Positions 28,676 through 36,251 of a DNA stretch of 36,251 nt are shown here, piece by piece. Source of the stretch: Salisapilia sapeloensis CBS 127946 (lineage: Eukaryota; Protista; Oomycota); contig JAADVB010000201.1 of the NCBI GenBank assembly GCA_023334545.1, positions 1 through 36,251 of the forward strand. The letters run 5' to 3'. How positions within the stretch are numbered: position 1 is the first letter of the stretch; each line of letters starts with the position of its first letter. A program made the translations under genes and the position numbers. The notes below the pieces were generated by a model, which had not been told where the DNA came from, searched no databases, and saw only the letters and a list, made by a program, of their open reading frames with translations.

Positions 28676-31141
28676 TTAGAAGTTCAGCTTGGTTGCAGCA
28701 GAGCGTTTGTCCTTGCCCTGAGCTTCCTGTTGCCAGTGGTACTTGAGCACAGCCTTCTTCAGCTGCAGCTTAATATCGTCGTTCTGGGCGTAATGCATCG
28801 GCGTCTTGCCCTTCCCATTCACCTGGTCCGGGTGTGCGCCTCGAGCAAGCAGCATGGTAATCATGCCCTCGTCTCCTCGTGCTGCTGCCGAGTGTAGACA
28901 CGTGCTACCATCCTTCTGGCACGCATTCACATCCGCTCCGTTGACAATGAGCAGCTCAGCAACTTTCACCAAGCCTCGACTAGCCGCAGCACGAAGAGGT
29001 GTGCTCTTGTGATCGCCACATTGCACGTCAATGCTGGCTCCTTGGCACAAGAGGTACTTGATCGTCTGCATCTCACCACAGCAACAAGCCAAGTACAGAG
29101 GTTTGATGCCATTCGCAGCGTCTGCTTCCAACAGCGACGGCGACTTCTCCAACAACGCCTGAGCAATACGCGCTCGACCGCGTTCACAGGCAATATGCAG
29201 GGCGGTGACCCCGCTCTTGCGCGTCAACGTCGTGTCAGCTCCATTGGCCAGCAGCGTCCGGACGACTTCTTCGTGTCCGCTTTCCACTGCCAAGTGTAGA
29301 GCAGTGGATCGACGACTATTGCCTTGGGCATTCATATTCGCTCCCTTGAGCATCAACGTGTTCACGACGCTCGCATGTCCATGTCGAGCTGCTTGATGCA
29401 AAGCAGTATATCCAGAGGCTTTTGTCTTGCCCTCGATATCTGAACCACACCAGAGCAAGTGCAAAACGACACTCAAGTGTCCACCTCTCGCAGCTAACAC
29501 GAGTGCTGTGGCTCTCTTCTGTCCACCGACGAATTCCAATTCAGCTTTCTTGGACACTGCGAGCTCCACGAGCTTTAGGAAACCGTTTTCAGCGGCAACA
29601 CAAAGCACTTTGGAGGCAGCATTCTCCAGATGCAGACTTGGAAAGTCTAAGAGGTAGCGGACAGTGTCCAAGTGGTTGTTCTGTGCAGCCAGAATCACCG
29701 GGTGAGAGTACTCACTCGTCTCGTCATCGATAGACGGTAGCTGCGCGTCGCCACGTTCACAGAGGTACTTGACCATGTCCAAGTGACCATTCTGCGCAGC
29801 AAGCGAGAGCGCGACTTGACTCTTGCTCTGAGACTGATGCAGCTCTCGCTCGACTCTCTTCTCGCCTTCGGTCGACGTAGGAGAGTGAGCAGACCACTTT
29901 CCTTCCTCCGAATCGTCCAAAAACTCGGCATGGACACTCGCATGTCCGTGCGCAGCTTCATCGCTACTGTTGGACACTTCGGAACGAGGACTGGACGGAG
30001 CGAGCGACGCTACCTTTTGTAACATCCGCTTCGGAGCGTACTCGGTCGTGACGGCATTTATATTCGCGCCAAAGTCCAGCAGCAGCTCAGCGCACTGAAC
30101 GTGGCCTGTTTCAGCTGCCTTGTGCAACGCAGTCGTACCGCTACGTGTGCTCTGGTCGACACTCGCGCCAGCTTCTAGTAAAAGACGGAGACAAGCTTTG
30201 TGACCTCCATGCGCAGCAAGATGCAACGGAGTGTACCCGTCGACATTAACAGCGTTCACATCGAACGCACGTAGGGAGATTAAATGTGTAAGAATCGCAT
30301 CATTCCCTCTCTCTGCTGCTAGATGCAAGGCTGACGATCCATCAGGCGCATATACATGCAAGTCTGCACCTCTAGACGTGAGCATCTTTACGGTCTCCAG
30401 TTGGTCATGTAGAATCGCAATGTGTAACGCTGTCATACCGTCCCCAGGCTTGGTATTCGATGGAGGAGAGGCTTCGGCATGCTGCGTCTTCTGTTTACTG
30501 GCTGCTACCGATGTGTCGGAGCTTATTCGTTCGTGGGAATCCAGGGATAAGTCGGCAATATGCGCAGCCGATGTCTCGCTCTTCTTGGCCGGCGACGTCG
30601 AGGACGATTGCGTGAGGCCGCGCAAGTAGTTGACCACCTGTTGGTGTCCATTCGTCTGGGCCATCACGACGGCGTCATTCCCATCCACATCTGTTGTCCA
30701 GATACTCGCTCCATTCTCCACGAGATACTCGACGACATGCAAGTGGCCGCTCCAGGCTGCAAAATGTAATGCCGTGAACCCTTCTGGCGTCGGCGTGGAC
30801 AATTGACACCCTGCCTTAACAAGCAGTCGGACGCATTCCAAGTCGCCACTGACACAAGCTAAGTGTAATGGCGTAAATCCATCCGGATCTGCCTCTTCTA
30901 ATAACGAGAAAGCTTTCTGATTCTCCTTGTCCGTACGATAGAGGAGCTTGGAGAGCTGCGCGGCGTCTCCATGCTGAGCCGCGTGGCGCAGTCTCGCAGC
31001 AGGACTCATCTCCGGAAGTTTGGTCTTGGTCCTAAAGGTGGTCGTCGTAGGTTTCTTCGGCGAGTGGTACGTGTACTTGATCGGGTCTTCGGTGACAGGA
31101 CTTCCACCGGGCTGTTGGTGCATGTCGTGGGGTGCGGGCAT
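28676..31141 (-). CDS. Ankyrin-repeat protein (~18-19 repeats), 821 aa
   Basis: Repeated G.T.LH.A motifs (GFTPLHLAC, GFTALHFAA, GMTALHIAI, GYTPLHLAA, GYTALHQAA, GVTALHIAC, etc.) in three blocks separated by Ser-rich linkers. I recognise no other domain. Confidence 0.92.
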   Translation of the reverse strand: MPAPHDMHQQPGGSPVTEDPIKYTYHSPKKPTTTTFRTKTKLPEMSPAARLRHAAQHGDAAQLSKLLYRTDKENQKAFSLLEEADPDGFTPLHLACVSGDLECVRLLVKAGCQLSTPTPEGFTALHFAAWSGHLHVVEYLVENGASIWTTDVDGNDAVVMAQTNGHQQVVNYLRGLTQSSSTSPAKKSETSAAHIADLSLDSHERISSDTSVAASKQKTQHAEASPPSNTKPGDGMTALHIAILHDQLETVKMLTSRGADLHVYAPDGSSALHLAAERGNDAILTHLISLRAFDVNAVNVDGYTPLHLAAHGGHKACLRLLLEAGASVDQSTRSGTTALHKAAETGHVQCAELLLDFGANINAVTTEYAPKRMLQKVASLAPSSPRSEVSNSSDEAAHGHASVHAEFLDDSEEGKWSAHSPTSTEGEKRVERELHQSQSKSQVALSLAAQNGHLDMVKYLCERGDAQLPSIDDETSEYSHPVILAAQNNHLDTVRYLLDFPSLHLENAASKVLCVAAENGFLKLVELAVSKKAELEFVGGQKRATALVLAARGGHLSVVLHLLWCGSDIEGKTKASGYTALHQAARHGHASVVNTLMLKGANMNAQGNSRRSTALHLAVESGHEEVVRTLLANGADTTLTRKSGVTALHIACERGRARIAQALLEKSPSLLEADAANGIKPLYLACCCGEMQTIKYLLCQGASIDVQCGDHKSTPLRAAASRGLVKVAELLIVNGADVNACQKDGSTCLHSAAARGDEGMITMLLARGAHPDQVNGKGKTPMHYAQNDDIKLQLKKAVLKYHWQQEAQGKDKRSAATKLNF

Positions 31142-32088
31142 CGAGTGGATGGCTTCTCAGCTTCGGTGCTCTCTAGTCTCGTAAATGCCCTTTGAGTCGG
31201 ATCTCCTGGCGTGCTTGCGACGAGGAAAACGCGGTGGGACAAGAAGACTAAAGCGGCTTGGTATACGCGAAAATAAAGTAACCGGCGGTCGATTGACAAA
31301 GCGCGCTTGGTACAAGGCGCTAGGAAGACGGTGGATACGAGTGTAAGTTGCGTAAGGTATCAACGAAAGGATCTCAATCTCCACGAGTGTAGAAGTCGAG
31401 AGTTTCGCGATAAGGGAATCGAAGGCAAGGCGAGTAAGCCGAACCTTTGTATTCCTCGTCCGTTTATTCGGTTGTGCTAGTTCGAGCGACGAGCTTCCTA
31501 CCTGCAATACAACGATAGACGGCATGAGTAACAGTCACCTGAAAGGTCGTGCAAAGCAACTGGTATGACTCACCGCGTGCAAATGTCGGTTTGAGCTCGA
31601 GGGACACCAGGCGACACGAGTCTTGCATCCAACGCAGCGAATTGTAGAATGAACAAGGGTGGGTAATGTCGTGCTCGAGCTTTCCCATCGCTCCAAATAT
31701 GGAACGTCCAGGACGAAACTTGATTCGCAAGTCGCCCAGTCGCGCGCCTCATTGGTTCCTCAAGTGACACTACAATGTCACGACACTTGTCCTCGCGTTC
31801 CACTTTACACTCGATCGACTGGACCTTCTTAGCTCTCTAGACGCTACAGTAGGCCGAGGTCGGAACGTCAAGTGCTCTCTCTCGTGCCTCCGACTACTTC
31901 TGTCTAGCTGGGCAGGAGATCGCGTATCTTATCTTGCTTCCATTCGGTTCAACCTAATTCTGATAAAATCCTACGCTGGCTACATTTGGCGTGCTGTAGA
32001 TACCTTTGCAGACAAGTATTCAGACGAAAGAGCAACGAAGGTTATCCACAAATTCTGCAAAGAAAGCAACGTTTTGTTGCATGAAAAT

Positions 32089-33479
32089 TTATTCTGCCGA
32101 CGAGGCCGTCTCTGTAACCTTCACATCGCTCCCACTAACGTTCTCTTCCGGCGGCGTCAACCCCTCTAGCGTCCTAATCAGCAATGCCTTCTCATCCACA
32201 AACTGCTGATCCTCTACACCCACATCAAAAGTTACCACCATTTCATCCACTAGATCCATTCATATTCAATTCACATACCTTTGGTGTTTTGGAAGTTTTC
32301 CAAGTAAGCAATCAACTTGCCTCGATTGAGCAATAGGATTTGAGAGATCGCGTCCGGTTTCTTTGGGTTCGCGACAAAGACCTTGAAGACGTGGAATGCC
32401 TCGAATTGAATATTCGCACTCTTGTCTCGTAACAAGTTCATCATCATCTTTAGATTCTCCTTCTCTCTACATCCGTTTGTTAGTATATCGATAACAAAGT
32501 ACTTGCAAGTAGAATAGAATACCCAATATAACGCATCATGACGTCAAAATTCGATCGGTCCAAAAGGATTTCACCCAAAAGCTTCAACGACTGCCTTCTC
32601 GTGACGTAGTTTTCCGACATGAGGAGCGAATTATACTTGGTGAAGACCTACAACATGCTCCAATGAGTTAAATGAGACGTACAAGAGACCAAAAAGTATC
32701 GTACCGGATCGTATTTGGCGTTGAAAAACTGAGACGCGAGCGTCTTGTGGCGAGTCAGGAGCTCTTTAAAGGTTGCAAAGGCATCGGATCCGACCTCAAA
32801 GTTCGGCTGATGGACGTACACGTCAAAGAACTTCCACAAGTCATCCGAGTACAAGATCCTTGCTGCCAGTTTTTCATGTCGTATGCTCTAGTAAAGAAAT
32901 ACATCAGTTGCAAATCGACGTACACAAGACACAAGCACCTACTTCTCGCAACATGGTACCGCAGTTGAGCGCAATCTCCGGACTTTCGTACCCTGCCACG
33001 AGCGTCGACAGTAGCTCTGGGTCACGGTCGATATAGTCTGCGAAACCAGACAAGTCGCGTCGGACCAAGTTGCAGTAGACTTGGGCAAAATGCTTCCGAG
33101 CCTACGACATTGCGTCAACATTCCACTTACTCAACAACATTTGCAAATGTGCACACCTCGAACGGCAGCTTCTTGAGGTCGCGTACGAGACCTGGTATGA
33201 GGTCCGCTGCGATGAGTTGAGATGCCAGTTGCGCACACTTCTCCGGCTTGGCTTCTTGATCTCCCTAGGCTATGTTACTACGAGATATGCTTGCATCCAA
33301 GTTGCTATCCATACCTCGCCAAAGAGAAATTGTTTCATCTCGTTTAAGCGTTTCGTGATCTCATACTCTTCCACTTGACCATCCTTATTCGGCTTTGGAG
33401 CAACAATCGGTTGGTCCAATGCCTCCTTGAGTGTCTTGACAAGCTGCTCCGGGTTCTTCCGTCGCTTGAATATCGACAT
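32089..33479 (-). CDS. CAB39: MO25 / calcium-binding protein 39 scaffold, 350 aa; exons 33479-33315, 33264-33157, 33101-32943, 32887-32705, 32647-32523, 32466-32279, 32213-32089
   Basis: Motifs [84 protein letters not shown]. Six introns (50, 55, 55, 57, 56, 65 nt) are all in frame. Confidence 0.95.
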
Positions 33480-33694
33480 TGTATCTCGAGATTGCAAACT
33501 TGAATTGCAGAGGCGATCGAGGAAGAGGTTTCTGTAGTGGGTGAAAAGCTCTGGAGTATGTTGGAGGTACGGAAAGAACAATTCTTCCCACGCTCTTCTG
33601 TCTTTACGCTCAACCGCAGTACTCTACCTCGCGCTCCCAGCTCGCTTCTCAAATTAGGCTTCAACAATTAACAGTTATTAGACACTGTTTTCGA

Positions 33695-33699
33695 CCAAT
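33695..33699 (+). promoter_or_regulatory. CCAAT box in the 339-bp divergent gap between CAB39 and the PPR-like gene
   Basis: GACCAATCA context, about 120 nt before ATG 33819. A short motif that could occur by chance. Confidence 0.35.
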
Positions 33700-33818
33700 C
33701 AAACGCGCTGCATGGGCAAACACGGCAATTTTATACACTGTTATAAGCCAACCAGGACGCATGCTACCAGTTAATTGTTGCAAAATGGACACAAAAGGGG
33801 ACAAAACACAAGAAAGCT

Positions 33819-36014
33819 ATGGCCACACGACTTATGCGGTTTGTCCGCGGCCGTGGACAGCTATCAGTAGCTGCAAGAACGGCGCTTGTACGATCCACTA
33901 GTCTATACGCATGTCCGCTACAGCCTCAGGTTAATTATACCGCCATGGGCTTTAAATCCGGAGCGAAAAAGCATATTACGCCTCATGTCGAGCTCCACGG
34001 CCAGTACACGTTCCTCGGTTCCAAGCAGATAGCTAGTCTATTGAAAGAGATTCGCTCCTTCAAAGACACCAGCAACTACAGTAGTGCATTAAAAGCTCTT
34101 CGGAAGCTGGATAATGCTGCAGCGTGCCAACGCAGCCACCTCTTCATTCAAGTGGCCCATCTAGTCGACCTCTATAACCCCGATGCAGAATCACGGAACG
34201 AACAGATCTACGAAATTTACAAACGCTTCGAAAGAGCAGAAACCACCGGTTTGCTTCAACCCAGTGGTTCGAGTCCAGATGCAAAAGTGCATCTATCGGA
34301 CATGCAGAGCGCATACATATCGATGAATAAGCTTCGCCTCCTGCACAAGACACTCTATAGCCTCATCTCTTCCAGCCCACTTAATCACGGGAAAGCAGCC
34401 AAGTTGTACCAGCGCAACGTGGCTGGAAGATTCCACCCAGCATATGTCATCGAGTACGACTACCTAAACTTTCTCTTACTGAACGAATGTCTTCTCGACC
34501 TTCCGTATCACGCTTGGAACGACGGTGCAGAAAGTATGCGCAGTCGCATCGATTGCATTCTAGGCCAAATGGAAAAGCGTAAATTTTATACCAGCTACGC
34601 CAGTTTCCATGCCTTCATTCGACTGATCTTTACGCATCCCGATTGGTTTGATGGAAGCGTAAAGCAAATAGCACACAACCCTTCGTCCACTAATACGCTT
34701 ACTCCGCTCATCCCACAAAAGGTTCTATACCAGGATAGTGACCAAGATGAAGAGAAAATTGGAGACATTTTAGTGTCCTACTTGAACAAGTACAGCTCCA
34801 AAGCGTTACGGAAAGATAGCAAGCGCATGGTCATATGCATCAGTACAGCTGCTTCCTTCGGTCTATTCAACGTCGCCAAGCGGATGCTTGAGATGGCGCT
34901 AGAACACGGCGTCTCTGTTCATGCAGGTGCATTCGCCCATGCCATGTCCGCTGCTGAGAGCAGTGGCGACCGGGAAGTCGTGAATGAGCTTTATCGAAAA
35001 GCGATCGAGACTGACAATGTCCATTTAATACAGAACCAGCCACGCAGTATCATGAACTACCTGTTATTATACACCACACTCGATGGCAATTTCAGACACA
35101 TGATAGAGCTGTTGCACGAAATGAACGTTTCGAACAACCAGGTGAACAATCGGACGGTCAAACAACTCTTCCGGATGGTCGCGCAGTACCGGAGGGAGGA
35201 AGAGGAAAAGGGCGTGATTCCAGACGCCTGTCCAAGCATTCCTGAACTTTTATCAGATTATAGCCAAGCCATCCACGCGAGGCCGTTTGTCGCGCGTGAA
35301 GCGGTACTAAACTGCGTGAGTATTGGAGACATTCAGTCGGCCATGAAGGTCCTGCGATCTTACGCATCGAATCGAGAGGTCAAGGTGGACACAGATGTGT
35401 ACTCTCAAGTCATGTTCGCCATTATGGTGGAGAAAGGAGTCGATAAGTACGATGAAGTGGAAATATCGGAGATTGAAAGGATGTTCCAAAAGGATCACGA
35501 CCTGCCGACATCCAGATTGTACACGCAACTTGTCCAGTTGTCGAGTGCAGTGCAGGACCTTCGGATACTGGTGGCGTGGCTAGATCGATGGGAAGAGCGC
35601 GCGAGACAGCATCCGGTGAGTAAACGAGCACTGCAGAAAGTGTTGGACCTCATCAGCAATGTCGTTCGAAGTGGAGGTGAGGACCAAAAGATGCGCTCTG
35701 GCTTGCTGCCATTTCTGAAGCGGTATCCGATGATCATCCCGTTGGACGACCCATACAACATGTCCCAGGCGATGATACGTGCTGTCACGCTGGGACACCG
35801 AGATGATGTGCTTGCCTTGATTCGTATGAGTGTCAAAAATCGAGTATCAGGGCTACATGGAAATGCGGTCGAAAGAGTGCTCAATGATTTACTAGCAGAA
35901 GATCGAGAAACTGAGGCTGCTGCATTTATCGATATGCTGCAACAGCAAGGTGAATGGGAAGGACTTTGCGAAAAAAGAAACTTAAAGGAGATTTCAAACT
36001 GGATGAATCGATAA
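33819..36014 (+). CDS. Probable mitochondrial PPR-like helical-repeat protein, 731 aa
   Basis: Arg/Ala/Ser-rich, acid-free N-terminus (MATRLMRFVRGRGQLSVAARTALVRS). One 35-aa PPR-like unit (IMNYLLLYTTLDGNFRHMIELLHEMNVSNNQVNNR-TVKQLF) and further degenerate units (DVYSQVM.., RLYTQLV..). Confidence 0.7.
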   Translation: MATRLMRFVRGRGQLSVAARTALVRSTSLYACPLQPQVNYTAMGFKSGAKKHITPHVELHGQYTFLGSKQIASLLKEIRSFKDTSNYSSALKALRKLDNAAACQRSHLFIQVAHLVDLYNPDAESRNEQIYEIYKRFERAETTGLLQPSGSSPDAKVHLSDMQSAYISMNKLRLLHKTLYSLISSSPLNHGKAAKLYQRNVAGRFHPAYVIEYDYLNFLLLNECLLDLPYHAWNDGAESMRSRIDCILGQMEKRKFYTSYASFHAFIRLIFTHPDWFDGSVKQIAHNPSSTNTLTPLIPQKVLYQDSDQDEEKIGDILVSYLNKYSSKALRKDSKRMVICISTAASFGLFNVAKRMLEMALEHGVSVHAGAFAHAMSAAESSGDREVVNELYRKAIETDNVHLIQNQPRSIMNYLLLYTTLDGNFRHMIELLHEMNVSNNQVNNRTVKQLFRMVAQYRREEEEKGVIPDACPSIPELLSDYSQAIHARPFVAREAVLNCVSIGDIQSAMKVLRSYASNREVKVDTDVYSQVMFAIMVEKGVDKYDEVEISEIERMFQKDHDLPTSRLYTQLVQLSSAVQDLRILVAWLDRWEERARQHPVSKRALQKVLDLISNVVRSGGEDQKMRSGLLPFLKRYPMIIPLDDPYNMSQAMIRAVTLGHRDDVLALIRMSVKNRVSGLHGNAVERVLNDLLAEDRETEAAAFIDMLQQQGEWEGLCEKRNLKEISNWMNR

Positions 36015-36251
36015 ATATACCCGTCGTGACCATATATAACTCTTCCAACTTAATTAAATTTGCTTTTGATATAGGCGAAAGGAAAGAAGGCTCATCTTTG
36101 CCAAAACTTTCACTCCAACCAAGGCTGCATGCTTTTCTACCGTTGAGCATGTACAATTTATGTCATCGTTGTCCCTGCCTCCTGACGAGTACGAAGTCAT
36201 CCTTCACTTTGCTCAAGACTGAACGCTCTTTGCCTCGCCTCGACAATTATA

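Noticed and set aside
31502-31573. Minus-strand intron-like unit (GTGAGT..GCAG) upstream of the ankyrin gene
   Set aside because: It could be a 5' UTR intron, but I could not join any coding frame to the ankyrin ORF, and there is no further support.
14594-33479. Co-location of a CaMKK/LKB1-superfamily kinase and MO25 (the LKB1-STRAD-MO25 pathway)
   Set aside because: They are about 16 kb and six genes apart, the kinase looks CaMKK-like rather than LKB1-like, and no STRAD is present. Probably coincidental.
36015-36251. Possible 3' end of a minus-strand gene at the window edge
   Set aside because: All three frames hit stops within a few dozen codons, so there is too little sequence to call.
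1-36251. Transposons, CRISPR arrays, rRNA, or horizontally acquired prokaryote-like operons
   Set aside because: I saw no transposase or RT motifs, terminal repeats, direct-repeat/spacer arrays or rRNA-like sequence. Gene content is ordinary eukaryotic housekeeping and signalling.

Overview
Gene-dense eukaryotic window, most likely an oomycete. Evidence: short GT-AG introns with CTRAY-like branch points, Inr+FPR-type core promoter matches, an oomycete-style TKL receptor kinase, and a flagellar radial-spoke gene implying zoospores. I can support about 16 protein-coding genes and two identical tRNA-Glu(CTC) genes. Seven genes are spliced, so the ORF track shows them only in fragments, and I rebuilt their exon chains by hand with frame checks. 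These are: a 5'-truncated Pro-rich protein ending in a RanBP2-type zinc finger spread over five exons, including 25, 8 and 14 nt microexons; a 73-aa DUF4536/DMAC1-like protein absent from the track; a bHLH-PAS factor; RSP3; CCT2; a mucin-ectodomain receptor-like TKL kinase; and MO25/CAB39. Unspliced genes: two mitochondrial PPR(-like) proteins, a small GPI-type surface protein, a LURP-one/Tubby-C-like protein, two tandem ~7TM paralogues of unknown function, a CaMKK-family kinase, a tandem double GST, an MFS transporter and an ankyrin-only protein. No transposon, CRISPR or rRNA is evident. Best leads: the microexon-built zinc finger, the PPR and DMAC1-like genes whose start codons are only 62 bp apart, the orphan 7TM pair with conserved intramembrane polar residues, and the perfect 94-bp inverted tRNA duplication. 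All family calls are by eye from motifs; no database searches were run.
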